Assembly (NCBI GenBank): GCA_048939015.1
Contig: JBHLPW010000049.1
Span: 1 to 38,181, forward strand
Origin: Promethearchaeota archaeon
Lineage (GTDB): Archaea; Asgardarchaeota; Lokiarchaeia; Sigyniarchaeales; SOKP01
Reading direction: 5' to 3'
DNA: 38,181 bases
Made by a program: the position numbers and the translations under genes. How positions within the stretch are numbered: the first letter of the stretch is position 1; the number at the start of each line of letters is the position of its first letter. Positions 1 through 9,150 of this stretch are shown piece by piece. The notes beneath the pieces were generated by a model. The model was given only the letters and a program-made list of their open reading frames with translations. It searched no databases and was not told the DNA's origin.

Positions 1-255
1 TATTTCCTCTTCTTGTATATTTACGGATATCATTTTATCTGCAATGATTAATGTGGGCACTGAAGTAATACGATATTCTTGAGTGAATTGACGATTTTCT
101 TCAAGATCAATTGATATTTTTTCTATTCGCAGTTTTTTACCGAATAGGGAAATATTGATTTTTTTTAACATTTCTTCAACTGGTTTGCAAGGAGCGCAGT
201 GATTTGACGAGAAAAATAAAATTTTTGGATATCCTTGATCGATATCATCATACAT
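1..255 (-). CDS. Thioredoxin-family protein (3' end runs off the window; not in the supplied ORF track)
   Basis: Hand translation from ATG at 255: MYDDIDQGYPKILFFSSNHCAPCKPVEEML...EYRITSVPTLII...; CxxC active site (CAPC) and cis-Pro 'SVPT' motif; starts 3 nt after the stop of the GTPase gene. Confidence 0.85.
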   Translation of the reverse strand, partial: MYDDIDQGYPKILFFSSNHCAPCKPVEEMLKKINISLFGKKLRIEKISIDLEENRQFTQEYRITSVPTLIIADKMISVNIQEEEI

Positions 256-258
256 TTT

Positions 259-807
259 CTATTCTTCTTTATATTTGTTGTATAACTCTTTTATTATTGC
301 CTGAAATGCTTCGAATACTCCTTGCCCTGTCTTTGCAGACGTTTTATAATAGCCAAGAAAGTTCCTTTCCTCAACTAGATTTTTCACATTTTCATCATCT
401 AGATGTTCTTCGTCAATTAAATCAGTCTTATTGCCAAACAAAACAATAGGGAGGTCTCCAGTGTATTTTTTGATATCCTCATGCCAATCCACTATATTAT
501 TATAACTATCCTCATCAGTATGAGAGAATACGATAATTGCAGCCTTGCTTCCCTTATAAAATGTGGGGCGCATGAAATTAAACTCATCTTGTCCCGCAAT
601 ATCCCAAAAAAACAATTTACAATTATCTCCATCAATTTCTTCATCATATTTCGAAAATTGGGCACCCAACGTTTTAATATAATCTTTTTGAAAGCTACCC
701 TGAGTATATTTTTTAATTAAGGAAGTCTTCCCCACTGCTCCATTTCCGATTACAGTTATTTTGAATACAAATCCTTTAGCAACATCACTTTTTCCCATTT
801 TAATCAC
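259..807 (-). CDS. Rab/Ras-like small GTPase
   Basis: G1 GNGAVGKT, G2 YIKTLG, G3 WDIAGQ, G4 NKTD, G5 TSAK; no C-terminal prenylation Cys. Confidence 0.93.
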   Translation of the reverse strand: MIKMGKSDVAKGFVFKITVIGNGAVGKTSLIKKYTQGSFQKDYIKTLGAQFSKYDEEIDGDNCKLFFWDIAGQDEFNFMRPTFYKGSKAAIIVFSHTDEDSYNNIVDWHEDIKKYTGDLPIVLFGNKTDLIDEEHLDDENVKNLVEERNFLGYYKTSAKTGQGVFEAFQAIIKELYNKYKEE

Positions 808-923
808 TTGTTCAATAAAATTTGTTTAATTCTGTCATTAATGCAATATTCATCAAAAGTATACAATAATATTTTTTTATTTAATTTTATTTGTTATTAT
901 TTAATAATAATAACTGGTTTTAA

Positions 924-1388
924 ATGTTTACATTGAGATTTGAAGTTCAAGATATAAATAATATGGATTTTTGTAAGAGATGTGATATGAATGTGTTTCC
1001 TACGCGACCAAAATTTAATATTAAAATATTTGGAATTTTTGCAATAACTATGCTAATTATTTTTACCACAATTTCCATTGTATCTTTTTCTATTTTGTCA
1101 GAAGTATTTCTTTTTATCTATATTATGTGGGGCTTTCTAGTAATCAATCCCTATCTCATTTATTATGGTATACAGAAAAAGGATTACTGTCCAAATTGTT
1201 ATAATAAAACTTCTGAAAAAAATCTAGAGTATCTTCCATTTGGAAATAAAAAATCGGAAAAATTTAAGACTCTTGCTCCAACTAAAAAATCTTTGACAAA
1301 ATGGCACTGCCCTCATTGTGGTAATACTTTAAATAAAGGAGTATTATTTTGTGGATCATGTGGAAAGAAATTTGAAATAATTGGATAA
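924..1388 (+). CDS. Membrane-associated zinc-binding protein (LITAF-like split CxxC around a hydrophobic hairpin, plus C-terminal zinc ribbon); start possibly 963
   Basis: CKRC, ~45 hydrophobic residues, YCPNC, then CPHC-x10-CGSC. Confidence 0.7.
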   Translation: MFTLRFEVQDINNMDFCKRCDMNVFPTRPKFNIKIFGIFAITMLIIFTTISIVSFSILSEVFLFIYIMWGFLVINPYLIYYGIQKKDYCPNCYNKTSEKNLEYLPFGNKKSEKFKTLAPTKKSLTKWHCPHCGNTLNKGVLFCGSCGKKFEIIG

Positions 1389-1396
1389 TTAAAATC

Positions 1397-1888
1397 ATGA
1401 ATATACTAGAAAGAATAGAAAAATTAATTATTACTTTTTCACAGAAAAATCTGAAGATTTCTGTTGCTGAAAGCTGTACTGGTGGATATGTATCACATAT
1501 GTTTACTAACATTTCTGGTGCATCAAATATTTTTGAGAGAGGAATTGTTTGTTATAGCAATAAAGCCAAAATTGAACTACTTAATGTAAACCCAATAATA
1601 CTTGAGAAATTTGGGGCTGTATCCGAGAATGTTGTTAAACAATTAGCATATAATCTCAGAGTGCTTTCAAATGTGGATATTGGAATTGGTATTAGTGGTA
1701 TTGCCGGTCCAACTGGTGGAACGCCAGAAAAACCTGTAGGTCTTGTATATATAGGGATATCTACTGAAAAAGAGACATTTACTCACAAATTTAATTTCAA
1801 AACAGACCGTATAACTTTTAAAAAAAAGGTATTAGAAAAAATTATAGAAATTTTAGAAAAATTATCTCTGAAAGAGCTTACTAAATAA
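1397..1888 (+). CDS. pncC: Nicotinamide-nucleotide amidohydrolase (CinA C-terminal/PncC family)
   Basis: AESCTGG, YSNKAK, GAVSE, SGIAGPTGGTPEKPVGLVYIG motifs. Confidence 0.92.
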   Translation: MNILERIEKLIITFSQKNLKISVAESCTGGYVSHMFTNISGASNIFERGIVCYSNKAKIELLNVNPIILEKFGAVSENVVKQLAYNLRVLSNVDIGIGISGIAGPTGGTPEKPVGLVYIGISTEKETFTHKFNFKTDRITFKKKVLEKIIEILEKLSLKELTK

Positions 1889-1894
1889 TAATGA

Positions 1895-3082
1895 TTATTC
1901 TCCAATTAATTTTCCATTCTCCATTATCTCTTTCTTAGAACCATCCCTATATTCTACTGTCATATTAACTTTTGGTTCTGTAACAAAATCCCAATGCATA
2001 TGGGATGCTGAAGTTCCTCCAAATGATTTATTTGAGCCAAAAGCAACATGGACACTTCCATTAATTTTTTCATCTGTAAGTATATATCCAATTGCTTTAG
2101 TTATTACAGGATTGCATCCTATACCTAATTCTCCGACGTTATATGTCCTAATTTCTGGTACATTATTTTTTTTATCAATTTTCTCTGCTTGTTTAAAAGC
2201 ATCAATAATAAGATCTAACCCTTCATCAGCAGATACTTTATCTATCAATAATTTACCATCTTTAAAGCTAAGTTCGATATTTTTTAAGATTTTATTTGAA
2301 TATCTCTCAATGGTTAATGGGCAAAAAATCATACCTTCTCCTAATTTTTCATTGGGAGGAAAAAATACCTCACCAGCGGGTAAATTTCCTCCTTTATCTC
2401 CGGCAGCAATTTGTTCATCAGAAAGAAAACCATTATCAAGGCGCATAGGACGATTTTCTACAGAAACCCAAAAATCAGTTCCAAAATCATCTGTCACATA
2501 CACATTTTTGGCATTTTCGAAAAAAACTCCTAAATTTTTTGTAATATTTATCATCTCTTCTAAAGGTATACTCATTCCGTGAACAATGAATTTTTCGTAT
2601 AAATCATAGTCAACATTATAAAAATCTGCAGCTTTCTTGGAAGGCCAAGCGGCATAACACCATTTTTTTCCTGGTTCATATTCTTTTTTGAGAGCATACA
2701 ATATATCTCGTAATGGAGCAAGAGCTTTCTGATAAGCTTTTAGTTTTTCTTCTGGAGCTTTATTTCGAACCATAGGATCTTCGGGGTATTCTATTACTAT
2801 GTATGCATCGATTTTTTTAATCATTTCCAGTAAAGGCAATGGTGAATTCTCTAATATTTTCGCTTTAATTTGATCATCTTGCCATAGCATTTCTTCATAA
2901 TAATCACTAGTAGCGCTGATATGGGGAATTCCTCCATTTCTAAGAACACATAATCCAATTTCCTCAAGGAGTTCTTGGCTAAATGTATTACCTTTAATAT
3001 AGATGAATTCGCCCTCTTTTTTCATGTTTATACTTTTAGTAATATTCTCTGCACATAATCTAATTTGTTCTTTAGTAATCAT
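1895..3082 (-). CDS. M29-family (thermophilic/AmpS-like) metallo-aminopeptidase
   Basis: GNLPAGEVF, GELGIGCN, DEKINGSVHVAFG, HWDFV metal-ligand motifs. Confidence 0.88.
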   Translation of the reverse strand: MITKEQIRLCAENITKSINMKKEGEFIYIKGNTFSQELLEEIGLCVLRNGGIPHISATSDYYEEMLWQDDQIKAKILENSPLPLLEMIKKIDAYIVIEYPEDPMVRNKAPEEKLKAYQKALAPLRDILYALKKEYEPGKKWCYAAWPSKKAADFYNVDYDLYEKFIVHGMSIPLEEMINITKNLGVFFENAKNVYVTDDFGTDFWVSVENRPMRLDNGFLSDEQIAAGDKGGNLPAGEVFFPPNEKLGEGMIFCPLTIERYSNKILKNIELSFKDGKLLIDKVSADEGLDLIIDAFKQAEKIDKKNNVPEIRTYNVGELGIGCNPVITKAIGYILTDEKINGSVHVAFGSNKSFGGTSASHMHWDFVTEPKVNMTVEYRDGSKKEIMENGKLIGE

Positions 3083-3257
3083 ATTTTATACAAGTTTTAG
3101 ATAAATAATATTTTTTATTGAATTTTTACAATTAATTCAATCTGTATCTTAATCAAAGAATTTATTAAAATAAACTATATAATTAAAATATTAGATAGAT
3201 AACAAATATTTTTGATAATACTTTTCAACTAAGTTAGTAATTTACAAGTATTTAAAA

Positions 3258-3719
3258 ATGGTAGTTCGAGAAGCAGGCTTGTTATTTAGAGGATTTACTT
3301 TAGTAAAAAAGAGTTATCATAAAAGTACAAAAGGTAAAATTGATACTGATTTAAGAAGTGGGTTACTAACAGCTATTTTAAATTTTGCGCAATCAACTTT
3401 TTCTAAAGATCTTGTGGAGTACTTTGAAGGAAAGAAATATATTATAGCATTTATTGAGGATGAAATTACAGGAGAAGATAGTTTTGAACCAGAACTTATA
3501 ATTTCTTATGCGATTTTAGATAAAGAAAAGAGAATTGAAAAATATGTAAGGAAAGTTATACAACCATTATTGAAGCAAGTATCTAAAGAATTTAAGACAT
3601 TGAACAGCGGAAAGAATCTATCTGAAGTATCTCAATTTAAATCCTTTAAAGAAAAACTAGATCAGATATTTGGTACAGATACGCAAACAGTCGATCAAAA
3701 GTTAAAAGGTGTATTTTAG
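3258..3719 (+). CDS. Asgard longin-like domain protein
   Basis: beta-beta-alpha start with 'DLRSGLLTAILNFAQ' helix, then three strands and two helices; paralogous to 29555..30016; overlaps the convergent dys stop by 4 nt. Confidence 0.6.
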   Translation: MVVREAGLLFRGFTLVKKSYHKSTKGKIDTDLRSGLLTAILNFAQSTFSKDLVEYFEGKKYIIAFIEDEITGEDSFEPELIISYAILDKEKRIEKYVRKVIQPLLKQVSKEFKTLNSGKNLSEVSQFKSFKEKLDQIFGTDTQTVDQKLKGVF

Positions 3720-4681
3720 GTTTTTTTTTTACTATTAGTTTTTTTTAAATACCATAAAATAATAGGTAGTGCAATTGTAGCATCAGAAATAATAGTTGAA
3801 TATTTAGCTATCTCATTTATTTTTCCCCATGAAATTGCTTCTCTTAAAGTAGCACCACTTAATCCTCCCTGCTCAGGTCTATCCATTGTTATTTGAATTG
3901 CGTAGGTAGCAGAATTCGGACTGAACTGTAATGATTGCATTATAAAATTCTTTGGAACACCTCCTCCAACAATACATATACCTGCTATCTTGGCATCCCA
4001 AGCTAAGTTTACCATTTCAAGCATATCTGTAAAATGGTTCAAATTTAGTTTTTGATGATGAAAACCTAATTGCAACGCTAATCCAGAATCAGTAAATGCA
4101 GGGCAGAATATAGGAATTTGTTTATCAGCACATATTCTAAGAATTGAATTAGAGTCTTCTGGTAATTGATTTCCAAGGAATCTTAAAAAAGAACTAACAG
4201 ACATTTGGTTGTCAGGGATCACTAATTTTGAAACAAATTCTTCAATACCTTCATATACTTTGTTGGGCATGAATACATCATAGATTCTGTTAATTTGCTC
4301 TTTATGTAGATAAATATCATCTATTTCTTTCGATTCAAAAACTCCTTGTAAATGACTATAACCTAAAGCTTCTGCGAGATCATGAGTTATGTTTGCACCT
4401 GTAGTGACTAAAACATCAATATATCCTTCCATAATAAAATCATGAATAACCTTTTGCATTCCCACTGGAACAAGTGCTCCTGCTAATCCAAAAAAATTGA
4501 TGCAATCTGGATTATTAATCATCTCATTATAGATCTCACATGCTTGAGCTAATCTTTTTGCATTAAAGCCTGTTTCTCGTAATGAGGTAATCAAATCAAT
4601 AATATCTGTATCATCTTTTATTTCAAATTGGTGTATTTTTTTCAATTTTTCTCTAAAATCTTTAGTTGGCATAATAATCAT
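3716..4681 (-). CDS. dys: Deoxyhypusine synthase
   Basis: TTGANITHD, PIFCPAFTDS, GGGVPKNF, GGLSGA and EAISWGK (catalytic Lys present). Confidence 0.95.
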   Translation of the reverse strand: MIIMPTKDFREKLKKIHQFEIKDDTDIIDLITSLRETGFNAKRLAQACEIYNEMINNPDCINFFGLAGALVPVGMQKVIHDFIMEGYIDVLVTTGANITHDLAEALGYSHLQGVFESKEIDDIYLHKEQINRIYDVFMPNKVYEGIEEFVSKLVIPDNQMSVSSFLRFLGNQLPEDSNSILRICADKQIPIFCPAFTDSGLALQLGFHHQKLNLNHFTDMLEMVNLAWDAKIAGICIVGGGVPKNFIMQSLQFSPNSATYAIQITMDRPEQGGLSGATLREAISWGKINEIAKYSTIISDATIALPIILWYLKKTNSKKKT

Positions 4682-4687
4682 TATTTA

Positions 4688-5584
4688 CTAGTTTTGAGTA
4701 ATGAAAGAAATAAATTCAATTATCAATTTTGCTGCTAAATTACATGTAATCTTATTTTCTAAATCTAGATTTGGAGCTACCTCAACAAGATCGAATCCAA
4801 TTATTTTGAATTTCTCAGCTAAAATTTTCAGAATCATCCATAATTCGCGATAAGAAAATCCACCGGGCATAGCAAATCCAGTACCAGGGGCAATAGAAGG
4901 ATCTAAAGCATCAATATCTATGGAGACATACAAATACTTAATACCTGATCTATTATAAAAATTAATAATCTTTTCAATATACTTATTAAGTCCTTCAGAT
5001 AATTGGTAAGCCTTAAGATATTCAAGTTTTTCTTGCTTTACTAGCTCTAACTCAGGAATATCAATATCTCTTACCCCTGCAATAAATAAATTCTTATTAT
5101 TAATATAATCTAAATCATATAACCTATGAGTTACTGTTGCATGTGAATACACACCTTTATCCCATTCTTGATAAAAGTCTAAGTGTGCATCAAATATAAG
5201 GACTCCGAACTCATTCTTCTCTCTAAAGTGATCTCCAACGGCCTTTATTACAGGGAAGGAACAAAAATGGTCTCCCCCAATCATTATAGGTATAAGTTTT
5301 TCATTCTTATTGTATAAGTTCTTAATAAAGTTCTTGATAGAATTAAGATTTTTTTCAACATTCTGTTTTTCTATAGCAACATCTCCCACATCAGCGATTT
5401 TAAACCCATTTATTAAATCACCCAATTCAGTTGTCCAACCTATGTCATTTGTTACATTTCTAATCCTTTGAGGAGCGATTGATGAATTTGGTAAATCAAT
5501 AGAAGTTAAATAATCCCAAGGTATTCCAAAGATTACAAATTGAGTATCCTCTTTGATTATATCATTAAAATCGAAAAAATTCAC
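4688..5584 (-). CDS. speB: Agmatinase (ureohydrolase/arginase family), GTG start
   Basis: GGDH, DAHLD, SHAT, SIDIDALDPSIAPGTG metal-binding motifs. Confidence 0.88.
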   Translation of the reverse strand: MNFFDFNDIIKEDTQFVIFGIPWDYLTSIDLPNSSIAPQRIRNVTNDIGWTTELGDLINGFKIADVGDVAIEKQNVEKNLNSIKNFIKNLYNKNEKLIPIMIGGDHFCSFPVIKAVGDHFREKNEFGVLIFDAHLDFYQEWDKGVYSHATVTHRLYDLDYINNKNLFIAGVRDIDIPELELVKQEKLEYLKAYQLSEGLNKYIEKIINFYNRSGIKYLYVSIDIDALDPSIAPGTGFAMPGGFSYRELWMILKILAEKFKIIGFDLVEVAPNLDLENKITCNLAAKLIIEFISFITQN

Positions 5585-5594
5585 TTCAAATTCA

Positions 5595-7310
5595 CTACAT
5601 TTTTTCTAATGTTTCAATTCCTAATATATTTAAACCGGTTTTAATAACTATTTGAACACAATATATCAATAATAATCGTGCTTTTTCTAAATCTTTATTT
5701 TCTGAAATAACTTGACAAGAAGCATAAAATGAATTAAATATTTGACATAAACTTAGTAAGTATTGTGGGATAAGATGGATACTATATGTCTTTTCAGAAG
5801 AATCAATGATTTCAGGGAAATAAACTAATTGTTTTATCAAATATCTCTCCTTTTCATGATTAAATACATTCCAATTGATATCTGTGCTGATTTTTAGTTC
5901 AGATTTTGAAATAATTGATGCAATTCTAGCATAACAATACTGAATATAAGGTCCTGTTTCACCTTCAAAAGAGATACTCTCATCTGGCTTAAAAATAAAG
6001 CCTTTAACTGGATTATATTTTAAAATATAAAATTTTATAGCAGCTAAACCTATCTTTTCAGCTCTAATTCTTTTTTCGTTTTCAGTTAAATCTGGATATC
6101 TTTTATTAACTTCATCTAATGCTAAATTCTCAACTTCCTTAATAACATCATCTCCATCGACAACCGTTCCTTCTCTACTCTTCATTTTTCCACTTGGTAG
6201 ACTAATCATACCATAGGAAAGATGATAATTATCTTCTTTAAATCCTAACATATCTAGGATGGCAAATAACCATTTAAAATGTTGAATCTGGGGATCCCCA
6301 ACTACATAAATAGATCTGTCATAATTGAAATCTGCTTTCTTTTTATAAGCGAGATAGACATCTTGAGTAATATAAATTGAGGTTCCATCACTTCGGATTA
6401 GATACTTATCAGGTAAATTATACTTATCTGGAAATCTTACAAAAATAGCCCCATCATCAGCTTTTTCGAATATACCTTTGTTCAATGCATCTAATATAAT
6501 TTCTTTTCCTTTTAGATATAAATCAGACTCAAAATACTCTTTATCATGTGAGATTCCAAGCTTTTCATATGTAATTTTATGACCTTCTAACGCCCAATTA
6601 TTCATTTTTTTCCACAAATTTAGTGTATCCCTATCACCTTTTTCCCATAATCTTAATAATTCATAAGCCTCTTGCTCAAGCGATGGATTTTGCTCTACCA
6701 TTTTATTATATTTTACGTAAAAATCTCCCACATAATGATCGCTTTTTTTATCTGGTTCCATATTATTTCCCCATTCTTTATATGCAAGCATACTCTTACA
6801 TATGTGAATACCACGATCATTATACAAATTTACTTGAAAGACTTTATTCCCTTTATATTCAAGTAAATTAGAAAGGGAGTTACCAAGTAAAATATTTCTA
6901 ACATGCCCAAAATGGAGTGGTTTATTTGTATTAGGTGAAGGATATTCAACTATTATTCTCAGCTTTCTTGGTTTTTCTAAAATTGTTCTTATCCTTCCAT
7001 AATCAGATTTTAATTCAAAAATATTTTCTAGAATGGATTTTGGCTTAATAATAAAATTTAAGTATGGGCCTACTACATCGATTTTATTTATAAACTCAGG
7101 GATTTTAATTTTATCTTTCAATTCCTGAGCGATTAAATTTGGTTTTTTTTTAAATACTTTTGAAAGTCTAAAACAAGGAAAGGCATAAGTATATTCAAAT
7201 TCTGCAGGAGGTATTTCTATTAATTCTTCAATCTCTTCTAATTTAAGATCTAGAATATATTCCTTCAGAATATCAGCTAATGCCCTTTTATCTATAACAT
7301 TCATTTTCAA
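5595..7310 (-). CDS. argS: Arginyl-tRNA synthetase
   Basis: SPNTNKPLHFGHVRN (HIGH), GKMKSREG (KMSKS-like), GETGPYIQYCYARI, C-terminal ...LEKM. Confidence 0.97.
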   Translation of the reverse strand: MKMNVIDKRALADILKEYILDLKLEEIEELIEIPPAEFEYTYAFPCFRLSKVFKKKPNLIAQELKDKIKIPEFINKIDVVGPYLNFIIKPKSILENIFELKSDYGRIRTILEKPRKLRIIVEYPSPNTNKPLHFGHVRNILLGNSLSNLLEYKGNKVFQVNLYNDRGIHICKSMLAYKEWGNNMEPDKKSDHYVGDFYVKYNKMVEQNPSLEQEAYELLRLWEKGDRDTLNLWKKMNNWALEGHKITYEKLGISHDKEYFESDLYLKGKEIILDALNKGIFEKADDGAIFVRFPDKYNLPDKYLIRSDGTSIYITQDVYLAYKKKADFNYDRSIYVVGDPQIQHFKWLFAILDMLGFKEDNYHLSYGMISLPSGKMKSREGTVVDGDDVIKEVENLALDEVNKRYPDLTENEKRIRAEKIGLAAIKFYILKYNPVKGFIFKPDESISFEGETGPYIQYCYARIASIISKSELKISTDINWNVFNHEKERYLIKQLVYFPEIIDSSEKTYSIHLIPQYLLSLCQIFNSFYASCQVISENKDLEKARLLLIYCVQIVIKTGLNILGIETLEKM

Positions 7311-7429
7311 AATCGGAAAAAGTTCTAACTCATTAATTTATATGTTGAATGTAACTTTTATCTGTTTTGATAAATATATCTAAAATAGCTCATAAAATTT
7401 ATGTATATGAATTAAGGTTTTTTTAAATT

Positions 7430-8635
7430 ATGCCATTTAAAGAAAAGGGAAAAACGTCCTTCCCAGATTGGCCAATCTATGATAAATCTGAAATAAGCGC
7501 TTTATCAGACGTAATTAAATCCCGTAATTGGTGGGGAGGTTTTCCTGGAGATCAACAAGGTGAAAATCTTTGGAAATTCCAAGAAGAATTTGCCAAGTTT
7601 CAAGAGGCTAAACATTGTATAGCTGTTTGTAATGGAACAGTTGCTATTGAATCAGCATTAATGGCTTTAAATATTGGCCTGGGAGATGAAGTTATTGTCT
7701 CCGATTACACTTTTTTTGCTTCCGCTTCCGCTGTAATTGCAACGAACGCAGTACCTATTTTTTGTGATATCAACCCTAATACCTTGGTAATGGACACCAA
7801 TAAAATTGAATCATTAATTACAGAAAGAACTAAAGCAATTATTCCAGTACATTTGGGAGGAAATCCTGTCGAATTAGATAGAATATTAGAAATAGCTAAT
7901 AAACACAATTTATATATTATTGAAGATTGTGCTCATGCTCACGGCTCACGTTATAAAGGAAAAAGAGTAGGTAATTGGGGTGATGCAGGAACCTTTAGCT
8001 TTCAAGCTTCAAAAGTGTTAACAAGTGGAGAAGGCGGTGCGATAGTTTGTAATTCTGATGAACTTGCAGAAAAAATATATTCATATATTGATTGTGGAAG
8101 GAAAAAGAATAGATATTTTTACGCTCACTTTTCTTACGGTACAAATTACAGATTGGGTGAGTTTCAGGGTGCCATACTTCGCAAACAGCTAGAAAAATTT
8201 CCAGAACAGCACAAATTAAGAAATAAAAACGCCAAATATTTAGGAATTAAATTAAATGAAATTGAAGGTATTCAGGTAATGAAACAAACACCTGGAACCG
8301 AGGAATGTGGCTACTATATATACCCAATTGTTTTTGATCCTTCACATTTCAAAGAAATGACTAAAAAAGAGATTAAAACGAAGTTGAATAAGGAAAATAT
8401 TCCAACTGATGATTGTTATCCACCTCTACATAGATTAGAATGTTTTAAGAATATTATACTAAAAAAAGGAATTGATTATAGCAAAGCAAATTGGGGTGGA
8501 GAGAAAAGTAATGATAATAATTTTCCAGTGGTTTCAGATATCTATTCAAGGAGCGTGGAATTTCCGCATGAAATTCTCTTAACATCAAAAAATAAATTAG
8601 ATGGGATAGTTCACCATATTAGATCGTTAAAGTAA
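7430..8635 (+). CDS. DegT/DnrJ/EryC1/StrS PLP-dependent (amino)sugar/cyclitol aminotransferase
   Basis: NGT, IIPVH, IEDCAHAHG, FSFQASKVLTSGEGG (PLP Lys), GTNYRL. Confidence 0.92.
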   Translation: MPFKEKGKTSFPDWPIYDKSEISALSDVIKSRNWWGGFPGDQQGENLWKFQEEFAKFQEAKHCIAVCNGTVAIESALMALNIGLGDEVIVSDYTFFASASAVIATNAVPIFCDINPNTLVMDTNKIESLITERTKAIIPVHLGGNPVELDRILEIANKHNLYIIEDCAHAHGSRYKGKRVGNWGDAGTFSFQASKVLTSGEGGAIVCNSDELAEKIYSYIDCGRKKNRYFYAHFSYGTNYRLGEFQGAILRKQLEKFPEQHKLRNKNAKYLGIKLNEIEGIQVMKQTPGTEECGYYIYPIVFDPSHFKEMTKKEIKTKLNKENIPTDDCYPPLHRLECFKNIILKKGIDYSKANWGGEKSNDNNFPVVSDIYSRSVEFPHEILLTSKNKLDGIVHHIRSLK

Positions 8636-8724
8636 GATTAAATAATATTAATTTTATAATATTTTTATAAAAAAGTTAAAAATTTTTAAGAAAGTTTTCA
8701 AATTTATTTCTTAAGGCTTAAAAT

Positions 8725-9087
8725 TTGAATTTTGGGAAAACAATGACAGAAAAAAAAGATAATTTTATGTTAAAATGGAATGATGACACTGGTCAATTTG
8801 TACCAATCGAATCTGATGCTGACATGAACGACGGAATTTTCATAGAGCTTGTTAACGAAGAAAAATGGCGATATTTTTATATAACAGGTGCTTCATTAAT
8901 TACTCGTCGTACAGCGTTAAGAGCAGCTAATGGAATATCAAAAACAGGTTATGTTCATCCTAAAACGAATTTACGTTATGGCGTGGAATGTGAGCTTGTT
9001 GAAGAAATATCTCCTTATGAAGATATGCCAGATAACCTTAGGAAATCTCAACGTTCCTGGTATAAAGGAGAATACAAACAGTATTAA
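8725..9087 (+). CDS. Hypothetical protein, weak gelsolin-repeat-like pattern; probable start ATG 8743
   Basis: Clean ORF followed by a T-rich tract; strand-strand-helix segment FIELVNEEKWRYFYITGASLITRRTALRAANGI. Confidence 0.6.
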   Translation: MNFGKTMTEKKDNFMLKWNDDTGQFVPIESDADMNDGIFIELVNEEKWRYFYITGASLITRRTALRAANGISKTGYVHPKTNLRYGVECELVEEISPYEDMPDNLRKSQRSWYKGEYKQY

Positions 9088-9096
9088 ATACATTGA

Positions 9097-9125
9097 TTTT
9101 GTTTTCTTTCCACTTCTTTTTTTTT
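9097..9125 (+). terminator. Oligo-T archaeal-type terminator
   Basis: ttttgttttctttccacttcttttttttt about 10 nt after the 9087 stop, between convergent genes. Confidence 0.5.
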
Positions 9126-9150
9126 GAAAGCAAAATTGTAATAATATTAA

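Noticed and set aside
204-720. ORFs 204..449 and 481..720 (+)
   Set aside because: Antisense shadows of the thioredoxin and Rab-like GTPase genes; no motifs
1282-2582. ORFs 1282..1512 (-) and 2112..2582 (+)
   Set aside because: Antisense to well-supported genes (zinc protein/pncC and aminopeptidase)
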